NCBI GenBank assembly: GCA_023382875.1 | Contig: JAHDXH010000001.1 | Location: 95,527-159,526, forward strand | Reading direction: 5' to 3' | Source of the DNA: Patescibacteria group bacterium | GTDB taxonomy: Bacteria > Patescibacteriota > Microgenomatia > UBA1400 > PJMF01 | Length of the DNA: 64,000 nt | Shown here: one piece after another, positions 47,172-56,651 of the stretch | How the letters are laid out: each line of letters opens with the position of its first letter | Position numbering within the stretch: position 1 is the first letter of the stretch | Program-made: the position numbers and the translations under genes | The notes under the pieces: generated by a model | What the model saw: the letters and a program-made list of their open reading frames with translations, nothing else | Told to the model about the DNA's origin: nothing | Database searches by the model: none

Positions 47172-47864
47172 ATGCGAGGAATTTTTCAACTTTTTGCTTG
47201 GCTACTTTTAACGACTGGAGTATTTCTGACCAGTTCTGCGGGTTTTATTTTTTATAATCAATGGCAAAGAGCAAAAAGTGAACCCGCCAGTATTTTAACC
47301 GCACCTAGCGCAAAATCACAGGAAGTAAATCAGGCTAGTGGTGCTGTGGCAGGAGTCGAGACTGTTATCGAAACCGATGATGCTCGAGAAATTATTGTTG
47401 CCAATTTCTTAGAAAGGCACAGCTCCCCCATGCAGCCCTACGAGTATTATGGCAAAAAATTGGTGGAAATAGCAGACCTAAATGGTTTAGATTTCAGATT
47501 GATGCCAGCCATTGCCATGCAAGAAAGTAATTTGTGCCGCAATACCAATCCAGGTGCTCCTCATAATTGTTTGGGCTTTGGGATTCACAGTCGCGGCACT
47601 TTGGATTTTGAATCTTATGAAGCAGGATTTGAGCGTGCTGCTCGAGAAATCAAAGAGCGGTATGTTGATATTGGTCTAGAAACTCCAGAGGAAATCATGA
47701 CAAAATATACGCCCAGTAGTCCCAATGGCGCTTGGGCTGAATCGGTCAAACAGTGGATGGCAGAAATGCGCTATGACGACCGAGAATCTGGTCGAACATT
47801 GAAGACTAACGATAATGTGTTGGATTTGGCCAAAACTGCAAGCGAAAGTGCACAGGATAATTAA
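47172..47864 (+). CDS. Membrane-anchored protein with a possible lytic-transglycosylase/lysozyme-like motif
   Basis: There is an N-terminal TM. The motif MPAIAMQESNLC...GFGI resembles the SLT catalytic Glu-Ser region. Confidence 0.35.
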   Translation: MRGIFQLFAWLLLTTGVFLTSSAGFIFYNQWQRAKSEPASILTAPSAKSQEVNQASGAVAGVETVIETDDAREIIVANFLERHSSPMQPYEYYGKKLVEIADLNGLDFRLMPAIAMQESNLCRNTNPGAPHNCLGFGIHSRGTLDFESYEAGFERAAREIKERYVDIGLETPEEIMTKYTPSSPNGAWAESVKQWMAEMRYDDRESGRTLKTNDNVLDLAKTASESAQDN

Positions 47865-47886
47865 GGCCGATATATTTATTTATAGT

Positions 47887-47915
47887 TTGACATATTGATT
47901 ACATACTGCTATAAT
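47887..47915 (+). promoter_or_regulatory. Consensus sigma70 promoter: TTGACA, 17 bp, TGcTATAAT
   Basis: The hexamers are TTGACA at 47887-47892 and TATAAT at 47910-47915, with a TG upstream. Confidence 0.55.
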
Positions 47916-47917
47916 GT

Positions 47918-47997
47918 ACCTATCTAAGAAGGTTTCTTCCTCACCGGGAGCTACGTTCTTAGCCAAAAGAGTCCCACTAATAGGTGGGATTTTTTTT
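47918..47997 (+). ncRNA. Candidate small RNA or terminated leader of about 80 nt upstream of tRNA-Leu
   Basis: It lies between the consensus promoter and the intrinsic terminator gtcccac-taatag-gtgggaTTTTTTTT (47971-47997). It contains the inverted repeat cuaagaa...uucuuag. No ORF is present. Confidence 0.3.
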
Positions 47998-48036
47998 GCC
48001 TTCCTGATATAATGATGATCTGGTGATTCTCATTTG

Positions 48037-48117
48037 CCGAGATGGCGAAATGGTAGACGCGCACGGCTTAGAACCGTGTGGGGCAACCCTTGGAGGTTCG
48101 AGTCCTCTTCTCGGCAC
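48037..48117 (+). tRNA. tRNA-Leu (anticodon TAG)
   Basis: The sequence is GCCGAGATGGCGAAATGGTAGACGCGCACGGCTTAGAACCGTG...GGTTCGAGTCCTCTTCTCGGCA. The acceptor 5' and 3' arms are complementary. The anticodon loop is CTTAGAA and the variable arm is long. It is preceded by an extended -10 TGATATAAT at 48006-48014. Confidence 0.8.
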
Positions 48118-48143
48118 AATTGAAAAATTAGGCTATCATTGAT

Positions 48144-48827
48144 TTGATGGATAATATTCCGCCCCAACTAAATCAATCGACTGGCCAAGTGACTGCTCCC
48201 ACCCCAGAAGAAAAGGAAGCAGCGCTCAAAGCATCAGAAAAAATAATTCCTGTAAACTCTTTAAATGGCTCGTTAGCACCGGCTGCTCCTATTCAGCTGG
48301 CTAATACTCCAGAAACTGATTTAGCTGCCTCAGCACCCAGTGGTCCTACTAAGAAGGATTTGGCAGATTTACTCCTTAAATATGGTCCTAAGATGATTAG
48401 TATTGGTCTGACCATCCAATCTTTGCGTGGTATTTATAAATCTGTCGCCTTTATCTTGGTAGATTACCCCCTTTTAGAACAAAAATTGGTCAATCATCAA
48501 ATTACCGAAGCCGAAGTAACCGAATTAACGATCATGATGGTCATTATGCTGATTTCTACTGTTATTGGTTTGGCTTTTGCGATGAGATTGGCGATTGTGA
48601 AAGACTCTGCAGCCAAAAGGCTTCACTCAATTATTGGTCTAATACTCTTCTTTGGTAACGCCTATATTCATGATTTATTGCAAGCTCTTCATATAAGTGA
48701 GTGGTTGGTCCAGTTTTTCGCTAAGTCCGTTCAGACCATTCACGAAGCACCAAAACAAGTGATTGAAAATACGCCTTTTCTTGAGGAAAATGCTCAGGGT
48801 GGTTTAGACACTGTGTGGTATAAATAG
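48144..48827 (+). CDS. Hypothetical membrane protein
   Basis: It has an N-terminal Pro/Ala/Thr-rich region and two central TMs. Confidence 0.4.
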   Translation: MMDNIPPQLNQSTGQVTAPTPEEKEAALKASEKIIPVNSLNGSLAPAAPIQLANTPETDLAASAPSGPTKKDLADLLLKYGPKMISIGLTIQSLRGIYKSVAFILVDYPLLEQKLVNHQITEAEVTELTIMMVIMLISTVIGLAFAMRLAIVKDSAAKRLHSIIGLILFFGNAYIHDLLQALHISEWLVQFFAKSVQTIHEAPKQVIENTPFLEENAQGGLDTVWYK

Positions 48828-48830
48828 CAT

Positions 48831-49496
48831 GTGTCAGAGATTGTTTTCAAATCAAGTTCTCGTTCCAAATCAATTAGAATTGCCATAGATAGCCGTGGTC
48901 AAGTTGTTGTTAGTTATCCAAAGTGGACGCCTAAGTTTTTGGTCAAAAAATATGTTGATTCGCAATCTGCTTGGATCGAAGAAAACTTGGCCAAAGTAGA
49001 AAGCAAAAAAGAACTCAGTGATAACGACCAATTTGTTTCTGTTTTTGGTAAAAAATATCAAAAGGTTTTGGCCAACACCTTGGATTTACCATATGGTGTC
49101 ACTATTAGTGGTGAAACATTAAGGATTAATTTGATGGGTGGTGAAAAAACTACTCATCAGCAACTTCTGAATCGTTTTTTGAAAAACACTGCAGAAAAGT
49201 ACATTGTGCCTCGCACTCATGCTCTAGGTAAAGTGATGGGTTTGAGCTTTGCTTCCATTTCTTTGCGTCAACAAAAAACACGTTGGGGTAGTTGTTCTAG
49301 TCAAAAGAGGTTGAATTTTAATTGGCGACTAGTTCATTACCTGCCAAAAATTATCGATTACGTAATTATTCACGAGCTATCTCATCTTAAGGAGATGAAT
49401 CACTCGGCTAGTTTTTGGAATTTGGTTGCCATATACGATCCAGAATATCAATTGCATCGAGGTTTTTTGAAACGCTCTGGCATGGCTTTGGGATAA
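48831..49496 (+). CDS. YgjP-like metal-dependent hydrolase (DUF45 / WLM-SprT-like HExxH)
   Basis: The motif is NWRLVHYLPKIIDYVIIHELSHLKEMNHSASFW. Confidence 0.75.
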   Translation: MSEIVFKSSSRSKSIRIAIDSRGQVVVSYPKWTPKFLVKKYVDSQSAWIEENLAKVESKKELSDNDQFVSVFGKKYQKVLANTLDLPYGVTISGETLRINLMGGEKTTHQQLLNRFLKNTAEKYIVPRTHALGKVMGLSFASISLRQQKTRWGSCSSQKRLNFNWRLVHYLPKIIDYVIIHELSHLKEMNHSASFWNLVAIYDPEYQLHRGFLKRSGMALG

Positions 49497-49513
49497 TGTA
49501 GTATGATATCCCC

Positions 49514-50089
49514 ATGTCAGAAATTGATACAAAAGTAGAGTCACTTGATTCAACTCGCAAAGAGCCAAGTCACGATGATATCTTGCGCGATTTAAACCTC
49601 GACAAAACAACAACCACGACAGAAAGAAATTTAAACATGAATGCCACCACTTCATCTAAATTAGTTATCGTTTTTGCCTTAGTGGCTGTTTTAGCTGGTG
49701 TTGGTACCGGCTTTGGTGCCTACAAGCTTCAGGCTCGTGCGCCAGGTAGCAGTGGTCCAGCTGGATCAAATCTTCAACAAGTGGCTGGAGATGCCGTCAA
49801 AGAAGGTGACGTTTTTGGTATTAAAGATGACAAGACTTTCAAGGATAGTGCGGAAGGCTACTTGACCGAAGCTGGTGCCGACGATGAAGGCTCTCACTTG
49901 CTTCTCCGCGCTGGTGGTGATTCTCAAACAGTTCATTTAACTTCTTCAAGCACTGATCTCGAGAAGTTTAAAGGTATGGAAATCAGAGTTAAGGGCGAAA
50001 CCTTCAAAGGTCAAAAAGCCGGTTGGCTAATGGATGTTGGTCAGGTGGAAGTGCTTAAAGTTCAAGGTGAAAAACCCACTGAATTTTAA
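49514..50089 (+). CDS. Hypothetical membrane-anchored exported protein
   Basis: A TM is present at about aa 45-65. No family was assigned. Confidence 0.4.
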   Translation: MSEIDTKVESLDSTRKEPSHDDILRDLNLDKTTTTTERNLNMNATTSSKLVIVFALVAVLAGVGTGFGAYKLQARAPGSSGPAGSNLQQVAGDAVKEGDVFGIKDDKTFKDSAEGYLTEAGADDEGSHLLLRAGGDSQTVHLTSSSTDLEKFKGMEIRVKGETFKGQKAGWLMDVGQVEVLKVQGEKPTEF

Positions 50090-50163
50090 AAAATAACTTA
50101 AGAAGATAAATAAAAACCAGCCTTTCGGCTGGTTTTTTAGTTTTGTTGTGAAAGAAAGGTAAT

Positions 50164-51213
50164 TTACAGGTTGTAAATTTGTTCGACTAAGCGGTTGCAA
50201 TAACCGTATTCGTTATCATACCAACTAATAACTTTGACCAAATTTCCACCAACCACATTAGTCAGTGATAGGTCAACAATGCTAGATTCTCTGGTGCCGA
50301 CGATATCCTTGGATACGATTGGTTCGTTGGTGACAGTTAGGATTCCTTTCCAACGATCACTTTGGCTAGCTTCGGTAAAAGCTTGATTAATTTCTTCGAC
50401 AGTTACTTCTCTTTTGGTGATAAAGACCATATCTGAAAGTGAACCAACAGGAGTGGGAACACGAATAGCCAAACCATCAAAAGTTCCTTGGAGTTCTGGA
50501 ATAATTTCAGTAACAGCAATTGCCGCGCCGGTACTAGTAGGGACGATGTTTTCTGCTGCAGCTCTAGCTCTTCTCATATCCTTTTTATGCGAATTATCAT
50601 GCAAATTTTGATCATCAGTGTAAGCATGAATAGTGGTCATCATGGCTTTTTCAATGCCAAATTTTTGATGCATAATGGCAACGACTGGGGCAACGCAGTT
50701 GGTGGTGCAGGAAGCATTGGAATAAACTTCTCCTTCTGGTGAAAGTTGGTTAACGCCAATAACGCCACTAGCAATGCCATCGCCCTTAGCAGGGGCAGAG
50801 ATTAAAACTTTTTTAGCGCCCGCTTGCATATGAAGAGCTGCGTCTTCTTTTTTGACAAAAGCACCAGTACATTCAAGAACAGTTTCTACTCCCCACTCGC
50901 CCCATTTAAGCTTGGATGGTTCGCGGCCAGCGGTAACTAGAATTTCGTAGCCATCGATAGAAATTGTGCCTAAAACTGGATTTTCTTCTGTGACTTCTTT
51001 TCTTGTTTGCTGAGTTTTGACTTCAACTTTAGATTTAAATCTGCCGTAATTGGAATCGTAGCGTAATAGATGAGCCCAATCTTCAAGGTCCATGCTTCCA
51101 GATGTATTTATAACTTTAAGGTCTAAGTTTTGACGATGATAAAGCCACCAGACTCTAAGAGCGGTGCGACCAATTCTGCCAAAGCCATTAATACCGAAGG
51201 AACGATTTGCCAT
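50164..51213 (-). CDS. gap: Glyceraldehyde-3-phosphate dehydrogenase
   Basis: The motifs are NGFGRIGR and the active site ASCTTNCVAPV. Confidence 0.95.
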   Translation of the reverse strand: MANRSFGINGFGRIGRTALRVWWLYHRQNLDLKVINTSGSMDLEDWAHLLRYDSNYGRFKSKVEVKTQQTRKEVTEENPVLGTISIDGYEILVTAGREPSKLKWGEWGVETVLECTGAFVKKEDAALHMQAGAKKVLISAPAKGDGIASGVIGVNQLSPEGEVYSNASCTTNCVAPVVAIMHQKFGIEKAMMTTIHAYTDDQNLHDNSHKKDMRRARAAAENIVPTSTGAAIAVTEIIPELQGTFDGLAIRVPTPVGSLSDMVFITKREVTVEEINQAFTEASQSDRWKGILTVTNEPIVSKDIVGTRESSIVDLSLTNVVGGNLVKVISWYDNEYGYCNRLVEQIYNL

Positions 51214-51336
51214 AGTAATTGCCTAATTCTTAATACTATAAAAGTAGCACTTTCTGTCTGGACTGGCAATGTTGGATAAACAATTGAGCCCGGGGCTTTC
51301 GCCCCGGGCCCACAAAGTGGTCAATTTCTCGACGCA

Positions 51337-52077
51337 CTAAACTAATTCGGTTTTCACATCATTGCTGATGTATGTCCCAATATCCTCACCGAGTGCGGCT
51401 TTGTAAAGGTTATCACCTTCAAAAAGTTCAAACACCATAATGGGCATACCATTTTCTTTGGACATTGCTAAAGCAGCAGTATCCATAACATTGATGTGTT
51501 CATTTTCGATAGCGTCTTTGATGTTCAAATTTCGATAGCGCTTGGCATCTGGATATTTTACTGGATCTTTTTCGTAGACACCATTAACTTTAGTGGCTTT
51601 GAGCAAAACATCGCAGCGAAGCTCCAAAGCATGGAGAGAAGCGCCAGTATCGGTAGTGACATAAGGAACGCCAGTTCCAGCTGCCAAAATCAAAACGCGA
51701 CCTTTTTCCATGTGACGAATGGCTTTTCTACGAAGGAAGTTTTCTGCCACTGCAGGCATAGTTAGGGCTGATTGCAAGCGAACAGGAACATTAACCTTTT
51801 CCAAGGCATCTTGAAGGGCTAAACCATTCATGACTGTGGCAATCATGCCCATGTAGTCAGCAGTTGCTCTTTCAATACCATTGGAAGCGCCAGCCATGCC
51901 GCGAAAAACGTTGCCGCCGCCGATAACAACAGCGATTTCAACATTTAAAGCATATATTTGTTTGATGTAATTGGCTACATTCAGAGCCGCTTGGGGGTCA
52001 ATTCCGTATTCACGATTACCTAATAAAGATTCGCCGCCTATTTTTAGTAGGACTCTTTTAAAACGTGTCTTGGCCAT
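51337..52077 (-). CDS. pyrH: UMP kinase
   Basis: The motif KRVLLKIGGESL is present with an amino-acid-kinase fold. Length is 246 aa. Confidence 0.95.
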   Translation of the reverse strand: MAKTRFKRVLLKIGGESLLGNREYGIDPQAALNVANYIKQIYALNVEIAVVIGGGNVFRGMAGASNGIERATADYMGMIATVMNGLALQDALEKVNVPVRLQSALTMPAVAENFLRRKAIRHMEKGRVLILAAGTGVPYVTTDTGASLHALELRCDVLLKATKVNGVYEKDPVKYPDAKRYRNLNIKDAIENEHINVMDTAALAMSKENGMPIMVFELFEGDNLYKAALGEDIGTYISNDVKTELV

Positions 52078-52111
52078 ACGAACGCCTTTTTAGTTAAAAA
52101 ATACTTACGTA

Positions 52112-53143
52112 TTATATATTAAGTTTTGCTCTAAGTCTAAGTAATTTCCAGCGTAGGTTTTCTACGAAGCGAAATGGCTTATATAAAGCAAAATCAGTAA
52201 TCAAATCAAAGGTGCCAATAAATTCATTTAGTTCGCCGCCATAACCTTTTTTGAAGCGATGGAAACCAAACCATGGGTCTTTGGGGTCTGGGTTTTCTCC
52301 TAGACTGCCCCACATATCAAATTTGGTACAGCCGATTTTTTTGCCATATCTAATCATCTCCCACATCATGAGATTGGAGGCCATGACATCACGGTGTTCT
52401 CTAGATGATGCGCCGTAAGGGTAGTATAAAACGCCATTGAAAACGAACATAACCCAGCTGGCCAAAATTTGGTTTTCATAGACGGCTTGGAAAATCTTGA
52501 GCATTCCAGAGTTACCGAGGGTTTGCCACATAGTGCGGAAGTATTCTGGTGAGTGAGCATAAAAACCCTGTCTTTTGGTGGTTTCGGCTAAGATTTTTAA
52601 ATAGGTTTCCATGCCATCTTGAGTCGTGTTTTCGTAGATGATAACGCCTTTTTTGACTGCTAGGTTAATGTTGTAGCGAGTTTTATTAGAAAGATTAGCA
52701 AATAGTTCTTCTTCGGTTTTGGTGAGGTCCAAAATAAAAGTATGTTTGGTGAAGAGTGGTCTGCCTGGTACGGCATCATTGTCTTCTAGAAATTTGACAA
52801 TGTGTTGATGCGCAGAAGGAACGCCAACTTTTTGTGAAATATTGGGTTCCATTTTGATAAACAAAGCGTTATTTTTTTTGCCCAGTTGTCTTAAAGCGCC
52901 AATTTGATCCTCGTCAGGCATAAAAGCTTTGGGCAAGTAGCCGGCTGTTTTTCCAATTTTTGGTAGTTTATGGAAAGTAACTTGGAGGCCTTTTTGGAGT
53001 TTGCCTTTGTCAAAAAAACCAATTCTTTCGACAGTCGTGCCAGTAGCTTTTCTAAAGTCACCCCACTCCCATGATTGCAGTGGATGATGAACAACTTGGT
53101 TGTATTCGTCTTTTTCTTCAATTCTTAATGGTCTGATTAACAT
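52112..53143 (-). CDS. FemAB-family peptidyltransferase (peptidoglycan interpeptide bridge)
   Basis: FemAB/FemX-like patterns are present (HPLQSWEWGDFK..., C-terminal FGFHRFKKGYGG). Confidence 0.65.
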   Translation of the reverse strand: MLIRPLRIEEKDEYNQVVHHPLQSWEWGDFRKATGTTVERIGFFDKGKLQKGLQVTFHKLPKIGKTAGYLPKAFMPDEDQIGALRQLGKKNNALFIKMEPNISQKVGVPSAHQHIVKFLEDNDAVPGRPLFTKHTFILDLTKTEEELFANLSNKTRYNINLAVKKGVIIYENTTQDGMETYLKILAETTKRQGFYAHSPEYFRTMWQTLGNSGMLKIFQAVYENQILASWVMFVFNGVLYYPYGASSREHRDVMASNLMMWEMIRYGKKIGCTKFDMWGSLGENPDPKDPWFGFHRFKKGYGGELNEFIGTFDLITDFALYKPFRFVENLRWKLLRLRAKLNI

Positions 53144-53167
53144 AAAGTTATTATAGGCGAGTGTTTT

Positions 53168-55150
53168 TTAAATGTCCAAAATTTTGTCGGCATCAAATTC
53201 GCCGTTCATAAAAGAACTCCATGAATCATCGTCGATGACCAAGCGGCGCTTGGGTTTGTCTGATTGGGATTTGGGCAAAGCAAAGCTTGATTTATCATAG
53301 AAGCTTTTGCTATCGTCCTGCCAATTTTTGTTTCCTTGATAATGATTGTTTTGAGTGTAATCAAAACTTTGCTTGCCTTCTTTTTTAATTATTCCCCCAT
53401 CGATATCTAGCAAGAAGCGACTAATAGTTGCATATGAGCCAGAACCATAAACAAAACGGTGACGAGCATTGCTTAAGATTAATTTTTCTCTGGCTCTGGT
53501 AATGCCAACGTAGCAAAGTCGGCGTTCCTCCTCCATTTGTTCTTTATCCAGAAGAGCTCGGGAGTGTGGTAATAAGCCCTCTTCCATGCCGACCATAAAA
53601 ACCACTGGGAACTCTAAACCCTTGGCTGAGTGCAAACTCATCATGGTGATGGCATTTCTAGGTTCATCTAGGTTTTGATCAGCCATTTCGTTGTCTTGAA
53701 CCAAAGCAATATTTTCCAGCAGTGACTCAACTTTTTCAAACTGAGCTGCTACGTTTAATAACTCTTTGATGTTATTGAGCTTGTCCAAGTCATCTTCATC
53801 TTTTTGGTTGTATTTGTCGCGATAAGTGGTGGCAGTGAGAATTTTTTCAAGTAGTTCGGCTGGATTCAATTCGTCTAATTTCCACTCTTTACTGGCTACT
53901 TCAAAAGCAATAAATCGTCTTTTGCCAATTTTTAAAGCTCGGTCGCGAGAAACAGTGTCGTTGGGATTGATAGCTAGTTTTAGGTAAGACAAAACGTCTT
54001 TAATTTCTTTTCTTTCGTAAAATTTAAAACCTCCTACAAGTTTATAGGGCACGCCTTTTTTGACGCAGGCTTCTTCAAATAAACGCGATTGAGCATTGGT
54101 ACGGTATAGGATGGCAACGTCTGAGTAATTGTAATCAATTAGATTTTTGATCTTTCCGACTACTTCCATAGCTTCACTTTCTCCACTTTCACATTCTAGA
54201 TGGACAATTTTGGCGTCACTGATGTTTTCAGTCCATAAAGACAAAATCGGGTGCGATTTGTTGTGAGAAATAACCTGTGTCGCGGCATCAAGAATACTTT
54301 GAGTGGAACGGTAATTTTGTTCTAATCTATACTCTGTTAGATCTGGAAAGTCATTTTTAAGCAACATCATGTTTTTGTAATCTGCACCTCGCCAAGCATA
54401 AATGCTTTGAGAAAAATCACCGACAACAAAAAGATTATTTTGTGGTTTGGCTAAGTATTTGGTGAGTTGATATTGAACTTTATTGGTGTCCTGATACTCA
54501 TCGACCAAGACAAATTTGATCAAGTCTTGATAGTAGGCTAACGTTGGTTTGTCTTGAGCGAAAAGCTGGTTGGTTAAAAGTAATAAGTCATCAAAGTCGA
54601 CGGCTTGGTTTTCTTTGAGTTTGTGTTGATAAAGTTTGTAGACTCTGGCTACTGTTTCTTGATATTTGCCAGTGGCTAGACGTTCGTATTCTTCAGCGCT
54701 GACCATTTCATTTTTGGCTGAAGAAATTGTGCCATGAACGGCTCGAGGATTGATTTCTTTGACATTCAAATTTAAATCCGCGTAAACTTGCTTAATTAAT
54801 TCTAATTGCTCATCACTATCGTAAATAACAAAATAATTATTAAGGCCAATTTTGTGGCCGTTGATTCTCAAAATTTTGGCACAGAGTGAGTGAAAGGTAC
54901 CAGAAAACGGCAGTTTGGAGCCAGTCAAATCTAGGACTCTTTTATTCATTTCGTGAGCGGCTTTATTAGTGAAAGTAACGAGCAAAATGTTGGAAGGTGA
55001 AATGTTTTTTTCTTCAATTAGGTATGCAACTCTGGTGGTCAAAACTCTAGTTTTGCCAGAACCTGCCCCCGCCAAAACTAAAGCTGGGCCCTCATAATGA
55101 AGGACAGCTTGTTTTTGATCTTTGTTGAGATTGTCTAATAAGGCAGACAT
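53168..55150 (-). CDS. ATP-dependent DNA helicase PcrA/UvrD/Rep family
   Basis: Motif I is GAGSGKTRVL and motif II is VLVDEYQDTN. Length is 660 aa. Confidence 0.9.
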   Translation of the reverse strand: MSALLDNLNKDQKQAVLHYEGPALVLAGAGSGKTRVLTTRVAYLIEEKNISPSNILLVTFTNKAAHEMNKRVLDLTGSKLPFSGTFHSLCAKILRINGHKIGLNNYFVIYDSDEQLELIKQVYADLNLNVKEINPRAVHGTISSAKNEMVSAEEYERLATGKYQETVARVYKLYQHKLKENQAVDFDDLLLLTNQLFAQDKPTLAYYQDLIKFVLVDEYQDTNKVQYQLTKYLAKPQNNLFVVGDFSQSIYAWRGADYKNMMLLKNDFPDLTEYRLEQNYRSTQSILDAATQVISHNKSHPILSLWTENISDAKIVHLECESGESEAMEVVGKIKNLIDYNYSDVAILYRTNAQSRLFEEACVKKGVPYKLVGGFKFYERKEIKDVLSYLKLAINPNDTVSRDRALKIGKRRFIAFEVASKEWKLDELNPAELLEKILTATTYRDKYNQKDEDDLDKLNNIKELLNVAAQFEKVESLLENIALVQDNEMADQNLDEPRNAITMMSLHSAKGLEFPVVFMVGMEEGLLPHSRALLDKEQMEEERRLCYVGITRAREKLILSNARHRFVYGSGSYATISRFLLDIDGGIIKKEGKQSFDYTQNNHYQGNKNWQDDSKSFYDKSSFALPKSQSDKPKRRLVIDDDSWSSFMNGEFDADKILDI

Positions 55151-55197
55151 GTTTCAAATCTTAACATGAAGCTACCAGATTATGATATAACAAGTTT

Positions 55198-55851
55198 ATG
55201 AAATATATTTTTGGTAATTGGAAATCAAATAAGAATCTAAATGGTGCTTTGGAATGGTTAAAGGACTTTGGAAAAGTTAATTCTGATAATGAAATTGTTT
55301 TGCTGCCCGCCTTCAATCTTTTGGGGGCTATTTATGAAAAGGCTCGGGAAGCTGGATTTGTTTTGGGTGTGCAAGATTTAAGCTCAATGGCTGCTGGGAG
55401 TTATACAGGAGCTGTTTCGGCAGTTAACTTGGAAGGTATGGAAGTTAAGTATGCGATCTTAGGTCACTCAGAGCGCCGTCATCACTTTGGTGAAACTGAC
55501 CAAGATGTGGCAAACAAAGTCGAGCGAGCCTTGGAAGCTGGTTTGGTGCCTGTAGTTTGCGTTGATGAGGAATATATTTTTAGTCAGGCAGCTGCTCTTG
55601 AGCAAAGTCAATTGAGTAAATGTATGGTCGCTTATGAGCCTTTGTCTGCCATTGGTACTGGTGAGGAAATGAGTGTCAAAAAAGTCGAAGTAGTTTTTGC
55701 CCAAATCAAAAAGGTTTTTGGTGAAGTTAAAGTAATTTACGGTGGAAGTGTTAATCCGGACAATGTTGATGAATACTTATTGGTTGGAGATGGGGTTTTG
55801 GTTGGAACTGCTAGCTTGGATGCAAAAGAATTTTCTGCTTTAAGTAAATAA
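55198..55851 (+). CDS. tpiA: Triosephosphate isomerase (short form, 217 aa)
   Basis: The motifs are GNWKSN, GHSERR, AYEPLSAIGTGE and IYGGSV. Confidence 0.9.
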   Translation: MKYIFGNWKSNKNLNGALEWLKDFGKVNSDNEIVLLPAFNLLGAIYEKAREAGFVLGVQDLSSMAAGSYTGAVSAVNLEGMEVKYAILGHSERRHHFGETDQDVANKVERALEAGLVPVVCVDEEYIFSQAAALEQSQLSKCMVAYEPLSAIGTGEEMSVKKVEVVFAQIKKVFGEVKVIYGGSVNPDNVDEYLLVGDGVLVGTASLDAKEFSALSK

Positions 55852-55908
55852 GATGCAATTTTGATTGCAAGACAAATTGCTTGAAACCATTTTTTTTGTC
55901 TAGCTTAA

Positions 55909-55937
55909 TTGACCTATAATATTTATTATTGTATAAT
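55909..55937 (+). promoter_or_regulatory. Consensus promoter of small paralog A: TTGACC, 17 bp, TGtTATAAT
   Basis: The element is ttgacc-tataatatttattattg-tataat. The same -35 context TTGACCTATAATA recurs upstream of paralog B. Confidence 0.5.
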
Positions 55938-55997
55938 GATTTGCTATTTAAAATGTTGTTTTAATTACCTATACCAAAGTTCTCCTGGAGTAAGGTC

Positions 55998-56216
55998 ATG
56001 ACGCAGGGTTTATATTTTGTGTACCAATCTAATGGTCAGCACACAGACTTGGTAATTGAAGCTACCGATCTTAAAGAGGCTCAGGTTAAGTTGTTTCAAC
56101 ACTTAACTGATCTGGGTTTTTCTCCCCGGATTGGAACAGCGACTGGACATGTTTTTTTACCTATTCAGGGTGAAAAAAGCATTATCTACTGCTTAAAAAA
56201 AGCCAAGGTTTTGTAA
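55998..56216 (+). CDS. Small 72-aa protein, paralog A of a tandem pair (unknown function)
   Basis: It has its own promoter, an RBS (GGAG) and a terminator. It shares roughly one third identity with 56368..56580 by eye, with the conserved pattern V(I/V)EA.D..EA..KL.QH....GF....G...G.V. Confidence 0.5.
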   Translation: MTQGLYFVYQSNGQHTDLVIEATDLKEAQVKLFQHLTDLGFSPRIGTATGHVFLPIQGEKSIIYCLKKAKVL

Positions 56217-56242
56217 TACGACATTTTTAGCTTACAATTAGT

Positions 56243-56271
56243 CCGGAGCATGCAAACTCCGGATTTTTTTG
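56243..56271 (+). terminator. Intrinsic terminator: tccggag-catgcaaa-ctccgga plus T7
   Basis: A perfect 7-bp stem is followed by TTTTTTT. Confidence 0.7.
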
Positions 56272-56293
56272 TCATTTATTTTGCTTAAAAATA

Positions 56294-56322
56294 TTGACCT
56301 ATAATAATAACTATGTTACAAT
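56294..56322 (+). promoter_or_regulatory. Consensus promoter of small paralog B: TTGACC, 17 bp, TGtTACAAT
   Basis: The element is ttgacc-tataataataactatgt-tacaat. Confidence 0.45.
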
Positions 56323-56367
56323 TAAAATCAGCTATTTAACTTACTTTTTTGTCTGGGAGAGTGAAGC

Positions 56368-56580
56368 ATGCTTTGGACAGTGCACCATCTCAATACGCAG
56401 GGAGCGCCATTTATTGTTGAGGCAGAAGACCAAAACGAGGCTTTGACCAAGTTGGGTCAGCATTTTCAAAAGCAAGGGTTTGAAACCAATCTTGGTTTAC
56501 ATGCCGGATTCGTCTCCATCAAAAACAAAGATGGAATGTTAGTGATGCTGTGTGTTGCATCAGCTACACTGATTAAATAG
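56368..56580 (+). CDS. Small 70-aa protein, paralog B of the tandem pair
   Basis: See paralog A. It has its own RBS (GGGAGAG) and terminator. Confidence 0.5.
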   Translation: MLWTVHHLNTQGAPFIVEAEDQNEALTKLGQHFQKQGFETNLGLHAGFVSIKNKDGMLVMLCVASATLIK

Positions 56581-56590
56581 GAACATCAAT

Positions 56591-56627
56591 AACCCAGATC
56601 CACAAATTCTGGGTTATTTTTTTATAC
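56591..56627 (+). terminator. Intrinsic terminator: aacccaga-tccacaaat-tctgggtt-a-T7
   Basis: An 8-bp stem is followed by a T-run. Confidence 0.65.
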
Positions 56628-56628
56628 C

Positions 56629-56651
56629 AAAAACCCCTCCTTGCGGAGGGG
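56629..56651 (-). terminator. tuf terminator: cccctcc-ttgc-ggagggg hairpin followed by U5 on the minus strand
   Basis: A 7-bp G/C stem lies immediately downstream of the tuf stop on the minus strand. Confidence 0.65.

Noticed and set aside
55909-55920. TTGACCTATAAT read as an abutting -35/-10 pair
   Set aside because: Zero spacer is incompatible with sigma70 geometry. The TATAAT right after TTGACC is treated as spacer. The functional -10 is the second TATAAT/TACAAT 17 bp downstream.
55998-56580. Calling the small paralogs a HicB-type antitoxin pair
   Set aside because: There is only a loose resemblance to the UPF0150 pattern. No adjacent HicA-like toxin ORF exists and each gene is monocistronic. 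They are left as unknown.
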